A stretch of 64,000 nt of DNA from Tubulanus polymorphus (Eukaryota; Animalia; Nemertea), in the NCBI RefSeq assembly GCF_964204645.1, contig NC_134026.1:2937950-3001949 (forward strand), read 5' to 3'. Position numbers and translations under genes: made by a program. Below are positions 13,398 through 23,993 of the stretch, one piece after another; the stretch's first letter is position 1; each line of letters opens with the position of its first letter. Under the pieces are notes generated by a model. That model had not been told where the DNA came from. It was given only the letters and a program-made list of their open reading frames with translations, and made no database searches.

Positions 13398-14611
13398 ATG
13401 GGGAATAGTGTCATTTTATTTTTAACCATTCTCGGCAGTTTACAGGTAAGAAAATCAACTTTTTTCTTTATCCTCAAATAGCTTCATCCGAGTAATAAAG
13501 GCATTAAAAAGGTTTTCTTCATATAGATATGCAGCAGTTCAAGTCAATTCGATAATTTGGACCGAATTGAGGTCAAAAGATCGGATCGTATTAACATCGC
13601 TTGTAAGGTAAAGCATAGAACTTTTTACGTTTGTCCCTTTGTCACTAGACCATTCGTGATCTGTTATAATACCACAGGTAAGATCGTCTGGGGTGTTGCA
13701 AGAATGCAAGAGTTAAATCTACTGCAGGTAAAAATGCCAGCGGAAAAAAAAATACCAGAAGGAAATATGCACTATTTATGCACTATATTCATATTGATAA
13801 TTATAACAACAAAAATAAAACTTTCGATTTGATAAATTATAACGAATTAGTGTGTCCAAGTCTTCTAAGAACTATTCATTTAATTGTTGATTTGATATTT
13901 GAATTACACCAAACTCGCTTGCAAAACACCCTCGAATTTCTGGGTACAATTTCACCGAAACCTTTGGTTCCATAAATGACAACATGATAGCTTGTCAAAA
14001 TCTTCTCATAAACTATTCATTTATTTGTTGATTTGATATTACAGATTACAACACGTATTTATTTACCTCTGGCATTTTTTATCGAGGGTAAGATTTTTCC
14101 CCTGCCATTTGTACCAATGGCATTATTACCTAGGAGGATTCTATGAGGTCAGATGTTGAGTTTGAAATATGACGCGAATACACTTTTTACTGAAATACAC
14201 GCAAAATGCAAATCAAGGAAACGGAATGAAAATGATTTCTGTTATTTATCCAAAAAACCAGAAACGACTGTCAGATTTAACTCTTTTGAAAAACATAAGT
14301 CTAACACGATTTACTGTGATTCTTTTACTCAATGCAAATAGGGTGTAAACTGTGGAAGTAACAGCCACTGTGTTGATCTAGGAGTAACAGAAGTACCATG
14401 TAGGCAAAACCAGTCACGTACTTGCAAAGCTTGGGCATTCAGTTGCGAAGAGAATGTATCACCACCAAAACCAGGAAATTGTCCAGAATATGACATCCTT
14501 TTTAGAGGATCTTGTGATAACATGCAGCGATGTAACGACGACACGAACTGTCCGACAAACCAGAAATGCTGTCTTCACAGGTGCGGTGCAAGTTGCTTGT
14601 CTCCAGAATAG
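13398..14611 (+). CDS. Secreted WAP (four-disulfide core) domain peptide, 3 exons, ~132 aa
   Basis: Exons 13398-13445, 13527-13607, 14342-14611 (phase 0). Signal MGNSVILFLTILGSLQICSS, KR site, 6-Cys module, then KPGNCP...C..C...C...KCC...CG..C with 8 WAP cysteines; TAG 14609-14611. The middle exon is less certain. Confidence 0.75.
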
Positions 14612-15495
14612 GGTTCTTTGATAATGGATACTGATTATGGCTCCAATAGCAAAAAGGACAGAAACAAAATGTAGATTTTACGAAGGAAATGATCTTGAAG
14701 ATAGATATATCGCTCTATTTGTATCCGTATTGTAATTATTCGCATTATTTTGACTTATTTGTCAGTACAAGATATGATAGTAAAACTATAGCAAAAATAT
14801 ACATATAATAATCATTATATCAAGTTATGATTTTTCATTCGTGAAGTGTCGCGAAAATATGCGAAGATCTTTTCGATCAACCATGAAATATGTGGTGGCT
14901 TCTATCGGATGACGGTATATTCTCGACTTCACAAATTGCTCAAAGACATCGATAAATTTCTAAGGAAATATCGGCTCAGTTGATAGACACCGAACTCGCA
15001 GTTCCCAGGCTCAAATTGATACAAAAAGTGTAATCATTCACATTGATATCCAATATACAAAAAGAGATATATTGACGCCGCTTTGATCTATGCGCAGTTC
15101 GAACTGGGTGATTGCAAAGAAACGATTTTGCAAAATTTAAGTCGATTTCGAGAAAAAAAAACATTATATCTTGTTGAGGAAATACATCAGAATACATCAG
15201 AAAATATTCTGGTACAAAAAATATCACATGCTACTTGAATTCAAGTACACAAAAATAAAGTTTATGGTCGAAGCGTCAGCCGTCACACAACTAGTATATC
15301 ACAGTCACATGATTATTGAGGGTTCAATCTTTTAATTGCCTATCGATCGTTATGGTACTATAGGCGTTTTGTGACAAAAAGAATCTTCGTTTACGTCAAG
15401 GGAACCTGGCTCCCCGTTTGCTCAATGAATTCATTGTAACTATCGTCGATATTGTCATTTCTCAAACTAATACTCATTTTCTCAGCTTCGATGTG

Positions 15496-18400
15496 CTAAA
15501 CATTAGCCTCGACTTCAATTACTGAATCAATATCTAAATGCCCATGTCCTTGGGCAATTGTCAAGTTGACATCGGGCTGCGCAAGTTCGACGGGCTGAAC
15601 ATTAGCCTCGACTTCAATTTCTGCATCAATATCTGAATGCCCATGTCCTTGGGCACTTGCTAAGTTGACATCGGGATGCTCAACTTCAACGGGCTGAATT
15701 TTGGTTTCACCTTCAATTTCTGTATCAATGTCTGAATGCCCATGTCCTTGGGCATTTGTTAAGTTAACATAGGGCTGCTCAACTTCAATGGACTGAACTT
15801 TGGTTCCACCTTCAATTTCTGCATCAATATCTGAATGCCCATGTCCTTGGGCACTTGCTAAGTTGACATCGGGCTGCTCAACTTCGGTGGGCTGAACTCT
15901 GGATTCAACTTCAATTTCTGCATCAATATCTAAATGCCCATGCCTATGGGCATTTGTTAAGTTGACATCGGGCTGCTCAACTTCAACGGGCTGAACACTG
16001 GATTCAACTTCAATTTCTGCATCAATATCTAAATGCCCATGTCCATGGGCATTTGTTAAGTTGACATCGGGCTGCTCAACTTCAACGGGCTGAACACTGG
16101 ATTCAACTTCAATTTCTGCATCAATATCCCAATGCCCATGTCCTTGGGCATTTGTTAAGTTAACATAGGGCTGCTCAACTTCAATGGACTGAACTTTGGT
16201 TCCACCTTCAATTTCTGCATCAATATCTGAATGCCCATGTCCTAGGGCACTTGCTAAGTTGACATCGGGCTGCTCAACTTCGGTGGGCTGAACTCTGGAT
16301 TCAACTTCAATTTCTGCATCAATATCTAAATGCCCATGCCTATGGGCATTTGTTAAGTTGACATCGGGCTGCTCAACTTCAACGGGCTGAACACTGGATT
16401 CAACTTCAATTTCTGCATCAATATCTAAATGCCCATGTCTATGGGCATTTGTTAAGTTGACATCGGGCTGCTCGACTTCGATGGACTGAACTTTGGTTCC
16501 ACCTTCAATTTCTGCATCAATATCTGAATGCCCATGTCCTTGGGCACTTGCTAAGTTGACATCGGGCTGCTCAACTTCGGTGGGCTGAACTCTGGATTCA
16601 ACTTCAATTTCTGCATCAATGTCTAAATGCCCATGCCTATGGGCATTTGTTAAGTTGACATCGGGCTGCTCGACTTCGACGGGCTGAACACTGGATTCAA
16701 CTTCAATTTCTGCATCAATATCTAAATGCCCATGCCTATGGGCATTTGTTAAGTTGACATCGGGCTGCTCGACTTCGACGGGCTGAACACTGGATTCAAC
16801 TTCAATTTCTGCATCAATATCTAAATGCCCATGTCTATGGGCATTTGTAAAGTTGACATCGGGCTGCTCAACTTCAGCGGGCTGAATTTTGGTTTCACCT
16901 TCAATTTCTGCATCAATATCTAAATGCCCATGTCTATGGGCATTTGTTAAGTTGACATCGGGCTGCTCGACTTCGATGGACTGAACTTTGGTTCCACCTT
17001 CAATTTCTGCATCAATATCTAAATGCCCATGCCTATGGGCATTTGTTAAGTTGACATCAGGCTGCTCAACTTCAACGGGCTTAACTCTAGATTCAACTTC
17101 AATTTCTGCATCAATATCTAAATGCCCATGTCCTTGTGCAATTGTTAAGTTGACATCGGGCTGCTCAACTTCGGTGGGCTGAACTCTGGATTCAACTTCA
17201 ATTTCTGCATCAATGTCTAAATGCCCATGCCTATGGGCATTTGTTAAGTTGACATCGGGCTGCTCGACTTCGACGGGCTGAACACTGGATTCAACTTCAA
17301 TTTCTGCATCAATATCTAAATGCCCATGCCTATGGGCATTTGTTAAGTTGACATCGGGCTGCTCGACTTCGACGGGCTGAACACTGGATTCGACTTCAAT
17401 TTCTGCATCAATATCTAAATGCCCATGCCTATGGGCATTTGTTAAGTTGACATCGGGCTGCTCGACTTCGACGGGCTGAACACTGGATTCAACTTCAATT
17501 TCTGCATCAATATCTAAATGCCCATGTCTATGGGCATTTGTTAAGTTGACATCGGGCTGCTCAACTTCAACGGGCTTAACTCTAGATTCAACTTCAATTT
17601 CTGCATCAATATCTAAATGCCCATGTCCTTGTGCACTTGCTAAGTTGACATCGGGCTGCTCGACTTCGACGGGCTGAACACTGGATTCAACTTCAATTTC
17701 TGCATCAATATCTAAATGCCCATGGCTATGGGCATTTGTTAAGTTGACATCGGGCTGCTCAACTTCAACGGGCTTAACTCTAGATTCAACTTCAATTTCT
17801 GCATCAATATCTAAATGTCCATGTCCTTGGGCACTTGCTAAGTTGACATCGGGATGCTCAACTTCAACGGGCTGAATTTTGGTTTCACCTTCAATTTCTG
17901 CATCAATATCTAAATGCCCATGTCCTTGGGCAATTGTTAAGTTAGCATAGGGCTGCTCAACTTCGATGGACTGAACTTTGGTCCCGCCTTCAATTTCTGC
18001 ATCAATATCTGAATGCCCATGTCCTTGGGCACTAGTTAAGTTGACATCGGGCTGCTCAACTTCAACGGGCTTAACTCTAGATTCAACTTCAATTTCCGCA
18101 TCAATATCTAAATGCCCATGTCCTTGTGCACTTGCTAAGTTGACATCGGGCTGCTCAACTTCGGCGGGCTGAATTTTGGTTTCACCTTCAATTTCTGCAT
18201 CAATATCCCAACGCCCATGTCCTTGGGCATTTGTTAAGTTAGCATAGGGCTGCTCAACTTCGATGGACTGAACTTTGGTTCCGCCTTCAATTTCTGCATC
18301 AATATCTGAATGCCCATGTCCTTGGGCACTTGCTAAGTTGATATCGGGCTGCTCAACTTCGGCGGGCTGAATTTTGGTTTCACCTTCAATTTCTGCATTA

Positions 18401-19285
18401 ATATCCCAATGCCCATGTCCATGGGCATTTGTTAAGTTGACATCGGGCTGCTCAAGATCGACGGGCTGAACATTAGCCTCGACTTCAATTTCTGCATCAA
18501 TATCTAAATGCCCATGTCCTTGGCCATTTGTTAAGTTAACATAGGGCTGCTCAACTTCAACGGACTGAACTTTGGTTCCACCTTCAATTTCTGCATCAAT
18601 ATACAAATTTTCAGACGTAGGGCCACTTGTTAAGTTGACATCGGGATGCTCAATATCGGTAGGCTGAACTTTGGATTCACCTTCAATTTCTGCATCAATA
18701 TCCCAATGCCCATGTCCTTGGGCAATTGTTAAGTTAACATAGGGCTGCTCAACTTCGATGGACTGAACTTTGGTTCCGCCTTCAATTTCTGCATCAATAT
18801 CTGAATGCCCATGTCCTTGGGCACTAGTTAAGTTGACATCGGGCTGCTCAACTTCAACGGGCTTAACTCTAGATTCAACTTCAATTTCCGCATCAATATC
18901 TAAATGCCCATGTCCTTGTGCACTTGCTAAGTTGACATCGGGCTGCTCAACTTCGGCGGGCTGAATTTTGGTTTCAACTTCAATTTCTGCATCAATATCC
19001 CAACGCCCATGTCCTTGGGCATTTGTTAAGTTAGCATAGGGCTGCTCAACTTCGATGGACTGAACTTTGGTTCCGCCTTCAATTTCTGCATCAATATCCC
19101 AACGCCCATGTCCTTGGGCATTTGTTAAGTTAGCATAGGGCTGCTCAACTTCAACGGACTGAACTTTGGTTCCACCTTCAATTTCTGCATCAATATACAA
19201 ATTTTCAGACGTAGGGCCAATTGTTAAGTTGACATCGGGATGCTCAATATCGGTAGGCTGAACTTTGGATTCAACTTCAATTTCT
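15496..19285. repeat. 99-bp coding tandem repeat (~38 units, consensus DIDAEIEVESSVQPVEVEQPDVNLTNAHRHGHL)
   Basis: ttcaatttctgcatcaatatc recurs every 99 bp; unit length is constant. Confidence 0.97.
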
Positions 19286-20298
19286 GATCCAACGTGCAAA
19301 TGTCTAACTGTATGTACGTTCCTATTTAATGTATTGACTTCAATTATCCGATCATCATCAAAATCTGAATGTTCTACGTTATATTCAATCTCAAACGCGT
19401 TAGCACTTTCCCGGATACTAGATTTTGAATCCGAAGACGTCGAAAAACTTCGTTCGTCGTCGGCTAATACAGGAGAAGCAGTTTCTCTTTCGATTCCAAC
19501 GCTTAACGTAACCTTTTGTCCGCTATCATCCAGAGGGTTCTCGATGTCAGTGATAAAGATAGGCTTCATGTTTGTTGAATCTACAGAGGAACTTCGCAAT
19601 GGTTTTTTCACGAGATTGGTGACGTCATCAACGGAAATATGGCTGATCGATGACCCCCTTCGAAGCGAGGGCGAAGTAACTGAACTCTTACGCGACATCG
19701 TCGTGCGGCTTCGTACTGAATTCTGTCGGGACGGAGGTTTTACGGTCCCGACATCAGCCATAAATGCCAATATCGAATCAGACTCTTGTGTCTTCGTACG
19801 CATAACTTTCGATGGTTTCTTACTGCTATCAAGAGCTGGCAATCTTCTGCCAGGAGCCGATATACTTCGTGTCTTGTGCGGGTTATCGCCCGAATACCCG
19901 TATCTAGGACATTGGTGGAAATCGAGTGCGGATGAAAGCTCCCGACCAGCGGCAAACCCCTTCTGTTTAACGTTGGTCAACAGTTTGTATTGACGCGTTA
20001 TTACTGTTGGTTTTGATACTCGTTCGACTATTTCATTGAGTTTTCCCTTATCAACTTCTCTAAACGCCGGATATTTGTCGAAGCTTTTTATCGATCGATT
20101 GAGAATCAATTGTTCGAATTTTCCATCTTTATCATCGATTCGTTTCCAAATAGCAAATTTGTTGCGACTGGCGACAGTGTGGTCAGTAGTCAGTCTGTCA
20201 TTTATACTCTGAATCGATGGTCGGTATGGCTGTTCGTAATATATCTCGCCGTCTACATCAACAGTTTTCACACGTAATAAGGACGGTAAAGAAGACAT
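15496..20298 (-). CDS. 1600-aa uncharacterised protein: basic/Ser-rich N-terminus plus ~38 acidic His-containing 33-aa repeats
   Basis: Single 4.8-kb ORF with no frameshift through the array; no obvious signal peptide. Confidence 0.85.
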   Translation of the reverse strand: MSSLPSLLRVKTVDVDGEIYYEQPYRPSIQSINDRLTTDHTVASRNKFAIWKRIDDKDGKFEQLILNRSIKSFDKYPAFREVDKGKLNEIVERVSKPTVITRQYKLLTNVKQKGFAAGRELSSALDFHQCPRYGYSGDNPHKTRSISAPGRRLPALDSSKKPSKVMRTKTQESDSILAFMADVGTVKPPSRQNSVRSRTTMSRKSSVTSPSLRRGSSISHISVDDVTNLVKKPLRSSSVDSTNMKPIFITDIENPLDDSGQKVTLSVGIERETASPVLADDERSFSTSSDSKSSIRESANAFEIEYNVEHSDFDDDRIIEVNTLNRNVHTVRHLHVGSEIEVESKVQPTDIEHPDVNLTIGPTSENLYIDAEIEGGTKVQSVEVEQPYANLTNAQGHGRWDIDAEIEGGTKVQSIEVEQPYANLTNAQGHGRWDIDAEIEVETKIQPAEVEQPDVNLASAQGHGHLDIDAEIEVESRVKPVEVEQPDVNLTSAQGHGHSDIDAEIEGGTKVQSIEVEQPYVNLTIAQGHGHWDIDAEIEGESKVQPTDIEHPDVNLTSGPTSENLYIDAEIEGGTKVQSVEVEQPYVNLTNGQGHGHLDIDAEIEVEANVQPVDLEQPDVNLTNAHGHGHWDINAEIEGETKIQPAEVEQPDINLASAQGHGHSDIDAEIEGGTKVQSIEVEQPYANLTNAQGHGRWDIDAEIEGETKIQPAEVEQPDVNLASAQGHGHLDIDAEIEVESRVKPVEVEQPDVNLTSAQGHGHSDIDAEIEGGTKVQSIEVEQPYANLTIAQGHGHLDIDAEIEGETKIQPVEVEHPDVNLASAQGHGHLDIDAEIEVESRVKPVEVEQPDVNLTNAHSHGHLDIDAEIEVESSVQPVEVEQPDVNLASAQGHGHLDIDAEIEVESRVKPVEVEQPDVNLTNAHRHGHLDIDAEIEVESSVQPVEVEQPDVNLTNAHRHGHLDIDAEIEVESSVQPVEVEQPDVNLTNAHRHGHLDIDAEIEVESSVQPVEVEQPDVNLTNAHRHGHLDIDAEIEVESRVQPTEVEQPDVNLTIAQGHGHLDIDAEIEVESRVKPVEVEQPDVNLTNAHRHGHLDIDAEIEGGTKVQSIEVEQPDVNLTNAHRHGHLDIDAEIEGETKIQPAEVEQPDVNFTNAHRHGHLDIDAEIEVESSVQPVEVEQPDVNLTNAHRHGHLDIDAEIEVESSVQPVEVEQPDVNLTNAHRHGHLDIDAEIEVESRVQPTEVEQPDVNLASAQGHGHSDIDAEIEGGTKVQSIEVEQPDVNLTNAHRHGHLDIDAEIEVESSVQPVEVEQPDVNLTNAHRHGHLDIDAEIEVESRVQPTEVEQPDVNLASALGHGHSDIDAEIEGGTKVQSIEVEQPYVNLTNAQGHGHWDIDAEIEVESSVQPVEVEQPDVNLTNAHGHGHLDIDAEIEVESSVQPVEVEQPDVNLTNAHRHGHLDIDAEIEVESRVQPTEVEQPDVNLASAQGHGHSDIDAEIEGGTKVQSIEVEQPYVNLTNAQGHGHSDIDTEIEGETKIQPVEVEHPDVNLASAQGHGHSDIDAEIEVEANVQPVELAQPDVNLTIAQGHGHLDIDSVIEVEANV

Positions 20299-21159
20299 GA
20301 TTACTAAATCCTAGATATCAATAATAAAGGATTTTTCCATAACCGGTACATTTCCAATAGATTTAGATCCTGGTATTTCCTTTTTTGGAGACACAAAACA
20401 AATACATCCGTGTTCTAGCATTAGACGGCTATATTAGACGGTACTGTTAGTCGCTATAGAAAATATCACTTAGCGCGCAGTACTTAATGTATGTATGCAG
20501 ACCTATAAAAGGTGAAGCGTGACAATACCAGGCCAATTTTAATCCAAAAGATTAGCCGCACGATTTAGATATTATTCTTTTTATTTCGTACCGCGCCAAT
20601 AGATAATCTAACGGATAGAGCCCACTATTCTTAGAAACGTTGTTTAATGACCAAAACCAGATGCATAAAACGCTTATTGTACATACATATATTTCGGAGA
20701 TTAGATCAATCTACATAATCAACTAAGAGTAATCCGTTAGATTATTCTGTCTCAAAACTGAATTATGGGCCATAGTTCTACTAATTCCAGTTGAAATTAT
20801 TTGAAAATGAACCAAATTCAACTCTTTAATCAGACGGCAAGAAGAAGGCTGTTAACTGTCCGAAAGAGAGAACCAAGAAGAAGACTGGGGAAAAAAACTG
20901 GTAAAACAACGTCAATGAATACAAAACTCATGGCATTTCATATAATTTTCCGTTTATATTCCGTATTTATTCTTTAACTAAATAATTACAGCCCAAGTTG
21001 TCGCCGCATGAACTCAGTCGACAGACGTGGTTGTTCAGTTGAGTTCCGTACACAGTATATTCACTGACTCATGTACAACAGTAAATGTTAATCATAACAG
21101 AGGCTTTAATAAACGTGTGAATGTAGAATTGACTTATTCACTTGAATTTATTTCAGTTT

Positions 21160-22440
21160 TTATAATTTGTCTTTTGGGGTTTCATTTTTGAAGTATAGTT
21201 GTTTTCGATCGGTCCTCGGGGGATTTCGATTATAATGCGGCCACGTTCTGATTCGATTGTAAAGGGCATTGCCGGGGCATAGAGTTTGTCCCGCATCTCT
21301 GTGTCCATAGAGCGAATAGTTCGTGGTAACCTTAGCGTATCTCGAAAAGCACTGAAATTAAACAGAAAAAGATCTAATGTTACAAGGGGGTTAAATGGTT
21401 ATGTAATTTGACGTGGGATTGTGACTGGATCGAGGAGTCTATTTTCAAAAAAAGAAATTAGCTTTGAAAAATATCATCGTACCATCATTAGATTCGATGC
21501 CGCTCTTTGAGCCGATGCGGTGGGCAGACTGTTCATGAAGTTACCGACAAAGCAAATTCCGAGTGAACGACTGTTGAAACCTTTGCATTGAGCACCGACT
21601 CTTCCCCAACCTCGTCCCTCATAGGCATTTCCATCTCCTCCGACCAGGAAATTATAACCGATATCGTCCCATTCTGTAAAACGGATAAAATACATTTCAT
21701 CTAGATTACGTTCGGGAGATTAAATGCAATATGCTCGCGCTAATTGTTTATGTACGTCGTTACGAATACATGACTAATATAATTTCAATGTTTAGATAAA
21801 CAGCGATTGTTTATCATTGTTGTCACCGAAACAGCTAACAACAACATGATGGCCCTATACCTAAATTTAGAATTCTTAATTAACTTTCTAGACAAGATAT
21901 TTACGCTTATTCATCGTTTCCAGTATGATAAGTATACTAATAGAATGAAATATGTGCGTGGGCATTAACGGCATTACTTCCCGGTTTGAACACATAAAAT
22001 CGTTTTATAAATTTCAGTCTACTTATAGAATTAAAAGAATTTAACAATTGATCCATAGGCTGATGCAGTTATCATTCAAAGTTGAAAACCTACTTCTGAC
22101 ATCCATGTGATAAGCTTGTATAGCTCGAACGATACGTTTGCATGAGTCGGTTTGTTGGCATTGAGGTCCTGCTGAATGATGGATGAACACATACGGTACA
22201 GGCGTCGCCAAGGTAGAATATCTTCTCGCCCGACGAGCTCCCCATTGTGCCCTCGTGATCACGTTGACACCAGGGCAATTGTATTGCATCGAAAACTGCA
22301 ATACTGAAAGATCCAAACGAAAAAGTTTTCTTAATCAAACTAGATAATGTGAAATTATTTCTTCATTTTGCTTGATGAGACACTTTTGTCAGTTGCTTAC
22401 TAGATAAGAGTATCAGAACTATCATCAAAGTTTTCGCCAT
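21160..22440 (-). CDS. PGRP: Short secreted peptidoglycan recognition protein (N-acetylmuramoyl-L-alanine amidase type)
   Basis: Exons 22401-22440, 22094-22303, 21483-21673, 21160-21351. Motifs [48 protein letters not shown]. Confidence 0.93.
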
Positions 22441-23993
22441 TCTTTTATCGGACTACGCTGGCAGACCCAATACCTTTGGTGTATACAAGATCAAGTGATA
22501 CTGGAAAACCCAGTGTATAATCAAATATTATATTTATGGTCCATTAGCTTTTTGTGATAACGTCCGTTTAATTGGCCTGAACAGACATCACGTGGCTACA
22601 AAATCACGAGACTATATTTCGCATATATATATATTTTTTAGTCTTTTGTTACACCTTCCGCATTCCTCATACTTTACAGTAAAATATCTGGAATGCGGAT
22701 GTTAATTGCTAAATTGCGAAATACAGAATGGGAAATCATGTAACACGTTTACTTGGTAATTGTTCCATGGGTAGAAATGCCAGACGTAAAAATATACCAT
22801 AGGTAAAAAATGCTGGGAGTTAGTACATGTCGCCTACGTGTTTAGCAATTTAATTACTTTCAAAACAATAAAAAAAGAATTTTCAAAATCGTTTTCTTTC
22901 TCGTTTTCAACGAAATGGATTAGAGTCTCAAATATTCTCATAAAAAAATCGTTTGGTTGTATAGATTTCCTATTAGAAATTGCAACAAACTAGCTTGTCA
23001 AGATCTTCTCAATTTTTTTTATATAATTCCACAAGAACAGCGGTCGAGAAATCATTTTTGTCTGACTTATGCTACCTGGAATCGGAAGCAATAACTATAG
23101 CTAAGGACGGGCTATGCTTAATTCTCTGGATAGTTCAGTCTATACCTGGTACATTTTCACCTACAGTCAACCTGCCGCTCCGAGGACCTCTACCAAACAA
23201 GAAATCAAACACGCAAGAAAAAAATACTGAATGACATTTTTTTATTATAAATGCAATTGGAGAAGACACATGACAGGAATTCTCAACATTTTATACAAAC
23301 GTGTTAATGCATTCACATAATTGACATAACTGAAGACCAAATATCGTTCTTATTGTAAAAAAAAAAACAACATGGTTCGATTTAACGAAAATGTTTATTT
23401 TATAAGCTAAAAAGGATTTTACTTTGCTCATCGAAAATGTATTATTGGTAGTCGTATTATTTTCCTTTTATTTCAGGAAAAATCTGATGACATTTATTTA
23501 CAGGCAAACAAGAATTTTTACATTATACATACTGTAGTGAATAAGATATAGAAATCATTTATCAAGAACTTTCTCGTTTTTCTCAATCAACGGCACGATG
23601 GAATGTTTCTCTTTTCATTTTACATTCCACAATGGTTATAGAATTACGAAATATCATCAACATGAAGTCAAATACTAATGCTAGAAAACAGAGGGCATCT
23701 TCGAAATGAACATCAAAAGTATCGAAGTCCATAATCAAAACTTTTAAAATGTTTTTGCGCAACCAAATACTCGTTTTTTTTTTAGACGATCATGATGTAA
23801 ATTGGTTAAAATATCCTGTCTCTCGACTGTCGAATTGAAGTAATATATCAAATAATCTATGACCATCAATACCATATAGAGCGATGCATTGATAAAAATA
23901 TCTCAACAAACATAATAAAATACTTCCGTCAAAACAGAGCGGTGATATTTGTCAATTATTACTTTCTCGATGAACATTTTTGTTGGTAGATTA

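Noticed and set aside
13650-13726. Possible extra exon in the WAP gene
   Set aside because: Phase-compatible use introduces a stop, and the upstream intron would be only ~42 nt.
15496-19285. CRISPR-like appearance of the regular array
   Set aside because: Whole 99-bp units are homologous with no unique spacers, the array is coding, there are no cas genes, and the context is eukaryotic.
16988-19993. + strand ORFs inside the repeat gene
   Set aside because: Antisense shadows of the 1600-aa ORF.
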